Below are positions 48,193 to 56,487 of a stretch of DNA of 64,000 nucleotides, one piece after another; the first letter of the stretch is position 1, and each line of letters begins with the position of its first letter. A program made the position numbers and the translations under genes. The stretch comes from an uncultured Gemmatimonadota bacterium. Its GTDB lineage: Bacteria > JAAXHH01. Below the pieces are notes generated by a model that had not been told where the DNA came from, did not search any database, and worked only from the letters and a program-made list of their open reading frames with translations. The stretch is taken from positions 2,048,001 to 2,112,000 of the forward strand of contig OX638340.1 in the NCBI GenBank assembly GCA_951812955.1. The letters run 5' to 3'.

Positions 48193-48263
48193 CGAATAGA
48201 CCCGAACAACATACGTTCCGGATTTCAAAGGGAATACCTCCGCTCCGAAGGGAACACCTCCAT

Positions 48264-49448
48264 ATGTCCGCGCGTCATGATTCCTATGCCCCCCTGGATC
48301 CAGGCCGGCGTGTCCTCATGGGACCCGGTCCGAGCGACATGCATCCGAGGGTCTACCAGGCCATGGGCGCTCCGCTTACGGGACACCTGGACCCCTATTT
48401 CATCGGGGTCATGGACGATATCAAGGCGTTGCTTCGTTACGCATTCCAGACCCGGAACGACATGACGCTCGCGATCTCCGCCACCGGTTCGGCCGGCATG
48501 GAGACCTGTATCTGCAATCTCGTCGAGCCGGGAGACGAAGTGCTCATCTGCGTGGGCGGCGTCTTCGGAGACCGCATGGCCCAGATGGTCGAGCGCCACG
48601 GAGGCCGGCTGATTCGACTCGAAAGCGAACCCGGTCAGCCGTTTACGCCGGAACAGCTAAGGAACGCGCTGACAGGCTGCCAGCCTAAACTCGTGGGCCT
48701 GGTACACGCGGAAACGTCCACGGGCGTGTTGCAGCCCCTCGAGGAGATCATCGCCGTCATCCACGAGCACGACGCCCTCGTCCTGGTCGACACCGTGGCG
48801 TCCCTGGGCGGAACGCCGGTCAAGGTCGACGAATGGGGCATCGACGTCTGCTATACCGGCAGCCAGAAATGCCTGAGCGCCCCGCCGGGTCTGGCGCCCC
48901 TTACGTTCAATGACCGCGCGCTGGAGGCGATTGCCTCGCGCAAGACACCAGTAGACAGCTGGTACCTGGACCTCTCCTTGATCAACGCATACTGGGACGG
49001 CGACCGGGTCTATCACCATACCGCGCCCGTGAGCCTGTTCTACGCGTTGCGGGAAGCCCTCGTCCTCATCCACGAGGAGGGTCTGGAGGACGGCCACCTC
49101 CGGCATGTGCTGAATTACGAGGCGTTCCGGGCCGGGATCGACGCCATGGGCCTCGCGTTCTTCGTCGATCCGCCCCACCGCGCCCCGACCATCAACCCCG
49201 TCCTGGCCCCGGAGGGTATCGACGAAGCAGGGGTTCGGCGCCGCTTGCTCGAGGAATACGGACTCGAACTCGGTGGCGGCCTCGGCGCGTTGAAGGGCAA
49301 GGCCTGGCGGGTGGGGCTCATGGGACAGTCCTCCCAGCGGGACCATGTCATGTTATGCCTGGGCGCCCTCGAACAGGCCCTGCTGACGGAAGGCCACGAA
49401 GCAGCGGGCAGCGGTGTGGCTGCGGCGAGCGCTGTTTACGCCGGGTAG
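48264..49448 (+). CDS. class V aminotransferase (alanine/serine--glyoxylate or serine--pyruvate aminotransferase family)
   Basis: PLP-lysine region 'YTGSQKCLSAPPGLAP', AGXT-like sequence over 394 aa. Confidence 0.8.
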   Translation: MSARHDSYAPLDPGRRVLMGPGPSDMHPRVYQAMGAPLTGHLDPYFIGVMDDIKALLRYAFQTRNDMTLAISATGSAGMETCICNLVEPGDEVLICVGGVFGDRMAQMVERHGGRLIRLESEPGQPFTPEQLRNALTGCQPKLVGLVHAETSTGVLQPLEEIIAVIHEHDALVLVDTVASLGGTPVKVDEWGIDVCYTGSQKCLSAPPGLAPLTFNDRALEAIASRKTPVDSWYLDLSLINAYWDGDRVYHHTAPVSLFYALREALVLIHEEGLEDGHLRHVLNYEAFRAGIDAMGLAFFVDPPHRAPTINPVLAPEGIDEAGVRRRLLEEYGLELGGGLGALKGKAWRVGLMGQSSQRDHVMLCLGALEQALLTEGHEAAGSGVAAASAVYAG

Positions 49449-49511
49449 ACTTAGATTGACCGTTTGACCATTCATCATTACCTGACATCCTGGTAGCTGC
49501 CGGAGGAGCAA

Positions 49512-49835
49512 ATGTATTTCGTAGAAGAAGAAAACTTGTCCACAAAATCGATCGCCCCGGGCGTAAGTATCGCCGTAGCGGGAGGCGACAAGGCCCAGAT
49601 GTCCTTCGTCACGCTCTCGCCTGGATCGCAGGTACCCTTGCACGATCATCCCCACGAACAGTTGGGTGTCGTGCTGGAAGGTGAATTCGTCATGGTCATC
49701 GGCGAAGAAAGCCGGACCATCAGACCGGGCGACAAATACGTGATTCCCGGCGGGGTCCGGCATGGCGTGACCGAGGTCATGGTCAAGTCCGTCGCCCTGG
49801 ACATATTCAGTCCACCCCGGGAGGATTACGCCTAA
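49512..49835 (+). CDS. small cupin-domain protein
   Basis: 107 aa, 'PLHDHPHEQLGVVLEGEF...GGVRHG' cupin 2 motifs. Confidence 0.65.
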   Translation: MYFVEEENLSTKSIAPGVSIAVAGGDKAQMSFVTLSPGSQVPLHDHPHEQLGVVLEGEFVMVIGEESRTIRPGDKYVIPGGVRHGVTEVMVKSVALDIFSPPREDYA

Positions 49836-49853
49836 GCGAACATTGCCATTGTC

Positions 49854-49933
49854 CGCGTCGCCCGGTCCGTTCGCGTTACCTGGTCCGATCGCGTCGCCCG
49901 GTTCGTTCGCGTTACCCGGTCCGATCGCGTCGC
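49854..49933. repeat. 36-bp tandem repeat, 2.2 copies, immediately upstream of the creatininase-family gene
   Basis: cgcgtcgcccggtccgttcgcgttacctggtccgat / cgcgtcgcccggttcgttcgcgttacccggtccgat / cgcgtcgc. Confidence 0.8.
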
Positions 49934-49957
49934 AGGCCAACCAGTCAGGAGTCTTCC

Positions 49958-50707
49958 ATGTCCGATGCACTACCCCACGACCGGCCCGTACAGCTATGGA
50001 AAATGACCCGCAGGCAGTTCCGCGAGGGAATACACGACGGCAACCTCAGGGGAGCGATAATCCCCACGGGCAGCACCGAACAGCATAACGAACACCTGGA
50101 GATGTCCCACGACACCGCCAGCGCCGTACACGTGTCCGAGCGTGCGGCGCAGATGCTCTACCCGGAGGTCGTGGTCACCACGCCGCTGGCCATCGGCGTG
50201 TCTGAGCACTGGATGGACCACAAGGGCACGCTGACGACACGGCCCGAGATCTTCACGGAACTCCTCTACGACGTGGCCGACAGCATGAAAAGAGGTGGGA
50301 TCAACCATATCCTGGCGGTCAACGGACACGCCGGGAACGCCGGTCCCGTCATAAACGTGCTGGAGGATATCAAATCCCGCCTAGGGATCAATTTCGCATT
50401 CTGCAGCTATTGGGAAGCCTACACGCCGGAAATCGTCGAGAAGTACATGGAATCGAAGAATTGTCCCGGCCACGCCAGCGAGTTCGAGACGTCCTTCGCC
50501 TACTCGGCTTTCCCCCGGCACGTCCACTGGGAAGGCGTCGATTACGATTCGGCCAGGCTGTCCATCTCCCAGGCCGACCGGGCCGCACAGGATCGCGAGT
50601 TCCACCACGAAGCCAAACTCGCCGACGCCGTGAAGGGACAGGGCATGATCGACGCGGCGGTCGACTGGGTCGCGGCCAGGATGAATGCGATGATCGAGGG
50701 CGCCTGA
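49958..50707 (+). CDS. creatininase-family amidohydrolase (creatinine amidohydrolase/ArfB/MftE family)
   Basis: 'IIPTGSTEQHNEHLEM' and 'VNGHAGN' metal-binding motifs; AGGAG RBS. Confidence 0.8.
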   Translation: MSDALPHDRPVQLWKMTRRQFREGIHDGNLRGAIIPTGSTEQHNEHLEMSHDTASAVHVSERAAQMLYPEVVVTTPLAIGVSEHWMDHKGTLTTRPEIFTELLYDVADSMKRGGINHILAVNGHAGNAGPVINVLEDIKSRLGINFAFCSYWEAYTPEIVEKYMESKNCPGHASEFETSFAYSAFPRHVHWEGVDYDSARLSISQADRAAQDREFHHEAKLADAVKGQGMIDAAVDWVAARMNAMIEGA

Positions 50708-50710
50708 CCC

Positions 50711-51472
50711 GTGTCTGACGAAACCCAACCCATCATCGCGTTTGAGAATGTAAGCAAGTGGTTCGGGACTTTCCAGGTCCTGCGGGACATCGATCTGCGC
50801 ATCGGCGACGGTGAGTGCATCGTCATCTGCGGCCCGTCCGGCTCGGGGAAGTCCACGCTGATACGCTGCATGAACCGCCTTGAAACACATGACCGGGGCG
50901 TGGTCCGCGTAGAAGGCGTTGAGCTGGGACCGGGCGAGCGGCTTCCCCGCGAACTGCGCGGCAAAATCGGCATGGTCTTCCAGAGTTTCAACCTTTTCCC
51001 GCACATGACGGTCCTGCGCAACCTGTCGCTCGCCCCCATGCGCAACCTGGGGATGGATAAAGAAAGGGCGGAACAAACCGCCCTGGCCTATCTCGAGCGC
51101 GTGCACATCGGCGAACAGGCCGAGAAGTACCCCGACCAGCTCTCCGGCGGCCAGCAGCAGCGAGTGGCGATCGCCCGCGCGCTTTGCATGAAGCCCGATA
51201 TCCTGCTCTTCGACGAACCCACGTCCTCCCTCGACCCGGAAATGATCCGCGAGGTCCTGGACGTGATCTACGAACTCACCGACGACGGCATCACCATGGT
51301 CTGCGTGACCCACGAAATGGGTTTCGCCCGCAAGGTATCCGACCGGGTCATCTTCATGGACCACGGCGAAATCGTCGAGAGCGCCGCGCCGGACGAGTTC
51401 TTCGACGCGCCCCGGGAAGAAAGAACCCGGGCCTTCCTCAACCAGATCCTCCATTACGAGGCTTCGGCGTGA
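50711..51472 (+). CDS. polar amino acid ABC transporter ATP-binding protein
   Basis: Walker A 'GPSGSGKST', signature '[15 protein letters not shown]', Walker B 'ILLFDEPTS'. Confidence 0.9.
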   Translation: MSDETQPIIAFENVSKWFGTFQVLRDIDLRIGDGECIVICGPSGSGKSTLIRCMNRLETHDRGVVRVEGVELGPGERLPRELRGKIGMVFQSFNLFPHMTVLRNLSLAPMRNLGMDKERAEQTALAYLERVHIGEQAEKYPDQLSGGQQQRVAIARALCMKPDILLFDEPTSSLDPEMIREVLDVIYELTDDGITMVCVTHEMGFARKVSDRVIFMDHGEIVESAAPDEFFDAPREERTRAFLNQILHYEASA

Positions 51473-52266
51473 TCAGCCCATTAAGCGGGCCATGGGTCAA
51501 GCGTGTCCTGTCGAACTGGATACAGCCGGCGGCCATGGCCGGCATCCTCGTCTTCGCGGTCATGCGAGGCGCGGAGAACATCAACTACCGGTGGCAATGG
51601 TACCGCGTGGACGACTTTCTGTTCACGTCCGAGCAGGGCGCCTGGTCCGCCGGCCCCCTGGTACAAGGCCTGTTCGTCACCCTCGAAATATCGGTCCTGA
51701 GCCTTTTCCTGACCCTTGTCATCGGACTCGCGGCCGCGCTCCTGCGCCTGTCGTCTTCGGTGATCGGACGCGGTCTCGCCCGCGGGTACCTGGAGCTTAT
51801 CCGCAACACCCCCTTGCTGATCCAGCTTTATGTGATGTATTTCGTCCTCGGACCCATTCTCGGGTGGGGACAGATCACCACGGCGATCGCTTGTCTCGCC
51901 GCGTTCCAGGGCGCATACACTTCCGAGATCTTCCGGGCCGGCCTGCGCGCTATCCCCCGGGGGCAGATCGAAGCGGGTGACAGCCTGGGACTGTCGCGCA
52001 TCGACAACTACCGGTACGTCATCCTGCCGCAGGTGCTCCGCCACATGCTGCCGCCGCTTACCAACGAGGCGGTCTCCCTCGTGAAGAACTCCTCGATCGT
52101 CAGCGTCATCGCCATCTTCGATCTAACCACGCAGGGCCGCAACCTCATCGCGGATACTTTTCTGACTTTCGAGATCTGGCTGACCGTGGCCGCGATCTAC
52201 CTGGTCGTGACCCTGGCGCTTTCGACCGCGGCGGCCATGGCCGAACGGCGAAGGGCGGGCGCCTGA
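51469..52266 (+). CDS. amino acid ABC transporter permease (His/Gln/Glu family)
   Basis: EAA-like loop and HisM/HisQ-type TM topology; GTGA overlap with ATPase gene. Confidence 0.8.
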   Translation: MISPLSGPWVKRVLSNWIQPAAMAGILVFAVMRGAENINYRWQWYRVDDFLFTSEQGAWSAGPLVQGLFVTLEISVLSLFLTLVIGLAAALLRLSSSVIGRGLARGYLELIRNTPLLIQLYVMYFVLGPILGWGQITTAIACLAAFQGAYTSEIFRAGLRAIPRGQIEAGDSLGLSRIDNYRYVILPQVLRHMLPPLTNEAVSLVKNSSIVSVIAIFDLTTQGRNLIADTFLTFEIWLTVAAIYLVVTLALSTAAAMAERRRAGA

Positions 52267-53165
52267 TGTCGACGACCGGTCACATAGTGAGCCGATTCAG
52301 GCCCACCCGGCTCGACGGGATCCTGCTGGCCGTGCTGATTGTGGTGGCCGCCTGGCTGTGGTACCGCTCGGCCATCGGCGTGGCGTACCGTTGGGACTGG
52401 GCCCAAGCGCTGTCGACCGTCTTCGCCTCAGGCGAGTCCGGCGACACGCCCTTCTTTCTGACGGGGATCTACGCGACCCTGCGCCTCAGCGCCTGGGGGG
52501 CGGTGCTCGCCACCATTATGGGGGTATTGATCGGCGTGGGGAGATACTCGGGGGTACGCGCCCTGCGCGTGTTCTGCGGGACCTATATCCAGATCCTCCG
52601 GAACATCCCGCCGCTGGTGTTTATCTTCATCTTCTACTTCTTCATCAGCAGCCAGTTGATGCCCCTGCTGGGCCTGGACGCCCTGTTCAACCGGCCCGCC
52701 GAGGATGCGTCGGGATGGCAGCGCTTCCTCTTCGGTCCCCCGGCGCTCTGGGAGAACCTGATCTCCGGCGTGCTGTGCATCTCCTTCATCAGCGCCGCAT
52801 ACATAGCGGAAGTCGTCCGCGCCGGTCTCGCCGCCATACCCCGGGGTCAGTGGGAAGCCGGGGAAAGCCTGGGTATTCCGTTACTGGACCGCTACCGGTT
52901 CGTCATCTTTCCCCAGGCGCTGGCGCGCATCGCGCCGCCGCTCACGGGCCAGTACATCTCCCTGGTGAAGGACTCTTCCATCGTCTCGCTGATCTCCGTC
53001 CAGGAACTGACCTTCGTCGGATCGGAGATTGCCAATTCGAGCGGGCTGCTCTTCGAGGTCTGGCTGTTGGTGGCCTTCGTGTATTTCCTGCTCTGCCTGT
53101 CCCTGTCCATCCTGCTCAGGCAGGTGGAACGGCGCATGACCCGGCACTTCCACCAGTTTGCCTAG
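52266..53165 (+). CDS. amino acid ABC transporter permease, second subunit
   Basis: paralogous to preceding permease ('AIPRGQ-EAGESLG', 'SLVKDSSIVS'). Confidence 0.8.
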   Translation: MSTTGHIVSRFRPTRLDGILLAVLIVVAAWLWYRSAIGVAYRWDWAQALSTVFASGESGDTPFFLTGIYATLRLSAWGAVLATIMGVLIGVGRYSGVRALRVFCGTYIQILRNIPPLVFIFIFYFFISSQLMPLLGLDALFNRPAEDASGWQRFLFGPPALWENLISGVLCISFISAAYIAEVVRAGLAAIPRGQWEAGESLGIPLLDRYRFVIFPQALARIAPPLTGQYISLVKDSSIVSLISVQELTFVGSEIANSSGLLFEVWLLVAFVYFLLCLSLSILLRQVERRMTRHFHQFA

Positions 53166-53172
53166 GACTGGC

Positions 53173-54630
53173 CTAGCGGCGGCGGTTTTCCGCGTCGATC
53201 CCGCCGCGCAACGGATCGAAGACCTTTTTCACGGTCTCGAACTGATCCTCGACCGCAGAGGGCCTGCCCAGCAACCGGTCGCTGACCATGCGCGCCGCCA
53301 CCGTGGCGTAGGCGTTGCCCCGGCCCGTGAAACCGGCAACGATGTGGACGCCCGGCGTTTCCGTCTCGCCCACAAATGGGCTGCTGTCGTAGGAGAAGCC
53401 CATGACGCCGCCCCAGCGGTGGGAGCGCCCGAGCGCGGCAAGGTGGGGGAAGGTGCTGTTGAATGACCGGTCGTTCGATCGTTGTACCGCCCGGGTGGGT
53501 CTTTCTTTGTAACCCCTGTAAGTCCGGATCTGCCGGCCCCTGCGCCTCAGGAAATGAAATCCCCGTTCGGCGCGGATATGGTGATTGCGCCCACCGCCGA
53601 AGAGCAGCCGGCCGCCTTCGCCTGGTCCGTCGTGCAACTGGCGCCAGAATTCCCACCCGTCGTTGGCGTAGAAGACGCCATTGAACAGCCGTTCTGAAAC
53701 GGGTTCCGTCGTGAAGACCTGTCCGCGTTGAGGAATGATGCGCCGTTCGTACCGGGCATCGAGCTGGGGCGTGTACGCGTTCATCCCCAGCAGCACGTGC
53801 TGCGTCCTGATCCTTCCGCCCGGTGTCTGGACCACGAGGCCGCCGGGTGATGAAACGCCCGAGCCGGCCCTTGAAACCGACGAGACGCCGCGTCCACCCG
53901 CGTCTCCGCGTCCACCCGCGTCTCCACGTCCATTCCCGTCCGCTCCGCGCCGCGCGATTGAGGTGACGGGCGTGTTTTCAAAGAACAGGACGCCCAGTCC
54001 GCTAGCGGCGCTGGCGAGGCCGCGCACGTACTTGACCGGGTGGAGTTCGCCGTCGAACTTGTTCCACAGGGCGCCGGCGAGCTGGGGGCTGCGCTTGATG
54101 CCGTATAGTCTGTCCTCGTCCAGGTACTCCACGTCGAAACCATCTTCCTGGAGAAGGTTGTATGATCGGACGATCCGTTCCAGGGGATCCGCGTGAGAAC
54201 CGCGGTCCGGCCGCTTCATCGCCATCACGTAGCTGCCGTGCCGGTAGTAGTCGCACTGTATTTTGTACTTCTCCATGAGACCGGCCATCAGATCATGATT
54301 CTCGAGGGCGATCCGCCACGCCTCCCCGGCCATCCTCCTGCCGTCCGCTCCGTACAGATCCGTCAATTCTTCCACGGCCTCGACGTAGTACTCATGGGTA
54401 CCGGCCAGCATGAACCCCCCGTTACGGCCCGTGGCGCCCGAGGCGACCTCGCGCCGTTCGAGCACGGCCACGCGCGCTCCGCCCTCGGCCAGGAACAGGG
54501 CGCCGGTCACCCCCGTCACGCCGCCGCCGATCACCACGACGTCCACATCGAGTTCGCCCGACAGGGGCCCCGAAGGTGTGTAAGGCATGTCCAGCCAGTA
54601 GGAGTCACGGATCATGGAGAGGTTCACCAA
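53173..54630 (-). CDS. FAD-dependent oxidoreductase (DAO family; D-amino acid/sarcosine oxidase-like) with internal Gly/Arg/Asp repeat insertion
   Basis: N-terminal 'DVVVIGGGVTGVTGALFLAEGG' dinucleotide motif; C-terminal DAO-like 'GFTGRGNAYA'; 15-bp tandem DNA repeat encoding GRGDAGGRGDAGGRG at ~53878-53930. Confidence 0.7.
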   Translation of the reverse strand: MVNLSMIRDSYWLDMPYTPSGPLSGELDVDVVVIGGGVTGVTGALFLAEGGARVAVLERREVASGATGRNGGFMLAGTHEYYVEAVEELTDLYGADGRRMAGEAWRIALENHDLMAGLMEKYKIQCDYYRHGSYVMAMKRPDRGSHADPLERIVRSYNLLQEDGFDVEYLDEDRLYGIKRSPQLAGALWNKFDGELHPVKYVRGLASAASGLGVLFFENTPVTSIARRGADGNGRGDAGGRGDAGGRGVSSVSRAGSGVSSPGGLVVQTPGGRIRTQHVLLGMNAYTPQLDARYERRIIPQRGQVFTTEPVSERLFNGVFYANDGWEFWRQLHDGPGEGGRLLFGGGRNHHIRAERGFHFLRRRGRQIRTYRGYKERPTRAVQRSNDRSFNSTFPHLAALGRSHRWGGVMGFSYDSSPFVGETETPGVHIVAGFTGRGNAYATVAARMVSDRLLGRPSAVEDQFETVKKVFDPLRGGIDAENRRR

Positions 54631-55012
54631 TCTTGGATATTGCTTTCAAAAAAGGCCATAGTGGACTTAATCTGTTGGTTTTTTACGAGATTTCTGACTG
54701 ATTTCCGACTGTTATAGGATAAGGTGTAGTATTCTCCTGCGTCAAGGGCACGACATCGAATGGACCGTCCATGTGGCGTCGGATTGTTTATAGTTGTCAT
54801 AATCTATTGTAAACCACAAAAGTATTCCACTAAGTTTAAGTAAATACCCGGTTTTATCAATGCCAAGGAAGTTAAGAGAACTCAGACATGTCAAAGAGTT
54901 TGCAGGACGTTCAACAACCATGGTTTTAACAGCGAGGTTGTTTGGGGTCAGGTGCGATGAGCGTACTTGATTTTCCCGGCGGAATAGATGGCCGCGATGA
55001 GGAGTAAATCCG
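54631..55012. other. AT-rich (~40% GC) divergent intergenic island in a ~65% GC background
   Basis: composition read directly; lies between divergent starts of the FAD oxidoreductase and the repeat-protein gene. Confidence 0.6.
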
Positions 55013-55309
55013 TTGGTTCGTAGACCATGGATGGACGTGACAATCAAGGCCGCGCTGATTGGCGCCGCAGTTCTGGTATATCTGGACCTGAAGGCCGAGA
55101 TCAGATCCGTACGGGTCGACCTGGGAACCAGGATCGACAGGTTGGAAACCAGGATGGGAACCAGGATCGGCAGGTTGGAAACCAGGATGGACAGGTTGGA
55201 AACCAAGGTGGACGGGTTGGAAACCAAAATCGACGAAGTACGGGGACATTTCAGGTTCGAAATGACCGAGCCAAACGAAAATCCGCCTCCCACGGACGTG
55301 AATCAATAG
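55013..55309 (+). CDS. small membrane-anchored coiled-coil protein built from 11-residue repeats (GTRIDRLETRM)
   Basis: N-terminal TM helix 'VTIKAALIGAAVLVYL'; 33-bp DNA tandem repeats 55120-55240 encoding (x-R-[IL]-[DG]-R-L-E-T-[RK]-[MV]-[GD]) units. Confidence 0.45.
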   Translation: MVRRPWMDVTIKAALIGAAVLVYLDLKAEIRSVRVDLGTRIDRLETRMGTRIGRLETRMDRLETKVDGLETKIDEVRGHFRFEMTEPNENPPPTDVNQ

Positions 55310-55361
55310 CCTTCCTCAACCGGAGAAACCGGGGAATCGCAACAGGCTCGTCGACCCCGTC

Positions 55362-56279
55362 TCACACCTCCAGGACGGCGGCCAGGGTCTCCCCTTCATG
55401 CACGCGGTTGTAAGTCCGCAGGACCAGCACGTGACCGGACTGCGTGCACACGATTTCGTCCCGCCGGTCGCCCAGCAAGTCGGTGACCACGCCGAAAACG
55501 TCTCCCGGCGCGACGCGGTCCATCAGTTCCACCCAGGGCTCGAAGAACCCTGAGAACGGCGACGGATAGTTTAATTGGATATGGCCGGCCCCTTCCCGGT
55601 CGTCTTCCACCGTATGAATGATCCTCGATGGCGGCTGGTCCCGCTCGATCATGCCCAGCACGCCCATGACGTTAAGGCAACCTTCGTAGTACTGTTCAAC
55701 CCCCTCGGGATCGCAGTCCCCGGCACCCAACCATTCCGAGTAGATCGCAGGTATGCGGGCGTCGCGTGCTATGGACAGCGTGCGGCCGTCGTGGCCCGCG
55801 TACGTACCCCAGACGATCGGCATGTTGAAGGCCCGGGCCATCTCGCGCTGGGTCTCAAGGACCCCGGCATCGGGATGCAGCATGTACCCCACCGTCGGAT
55901 AGAACCTCGATATGAGCCCACCGCTGTGCAGATCAATCAGGTAGTCGGCCTCGCGGATCATTGCGCTTACCGCGTGGGCCACGCGCTCGGTGATGGTGCC
56001 GTCCTCCCGGCCCGGGCACGTGCGGGCCAGATCCAGGCCGTCCTCGGCGGTTCGCTGCCCGCGCCAGTACGCCGCCTCGTTGACGACGGGCACCAGGGTG
56101 ATGCTTCCCCGTAGATCATCGGGGTCCAGGGCATCTTTCAGGCGCCGGATGGTCCACATGGATTCGAATTCGTCGCCGTGGACGCCTCCGAGTATGAGCA
56201 GTTTCGGTCCGAGCGCCTTTCCTTTGATTGTGATGGACTTCAGCGTGACGGGGCCTGACATCTCGACGGGGCCTGACAT
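55362..56279 (-). CDS. succinylglutamate desuccinylase/aspartoacylase (AstE/AspA) family zinc deacylase
   Basis: 'ILGGVHGDEFE' and 'DLHSG' zinc-binding motifs; N-terminus carries an 18-bp tandem duplication (MSGPVEMSGPV). Confidence 0.75.
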   Translation of the reverse strand: MSGPVEMSGPVTLKSITIKGKALGPKLLILGGVHGDEFESMWTIRRLKDALDPDDLRGSITLVPVVNEAAYWRGQRTAEDGLDLARTCPGREDGTITERVAHAVSAMIREADYLIDLHSGGLISRFYPTVGYMLHPDAGVLETQREMARAFNMPIVWGTYAGHDGRTLSIARDARIPAIYSEWLGAGDCDPEGVEQYYEGCLNVMGVLGMIERDQPPSRIIHTVEDDREGAGHIQLNYPSPFSGFFEPWVELMDRVAPGDVFGVVTDLLGDRRDEIVCTQSGHVLVLRTYNRVHEGETLAAVLEV

Positions 56280-56487
56280 GATGTTCTCCTTGATTTATAT
56301 TCCCGGATATCCGGATTTAGTATCTACAGCATCTTCCCAGAATAGTTCTGTTTCAAAAACGGAGAAGGTCCGAACACAACGACTTGCGCATCGGGTGGAA
56401 ACTCGCCCGTAGCTGCGCGGAGGAATATACCGGCTCGGGCGGGACGGATCAAGCGATGCACGCCGGCCGTACCAAACTGGAGAGGCC

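Noticed and set aside
54742-55293. 183-aa minus-strand ORF spanning the AT-rich island
   Set aside because: It is low-complexity (LVSNLSILVSNLPILV...) sequence produced by reading the + strand repeat protein's 33-bp repeats in reverse. It overlaps the better-supported + strand ORF.
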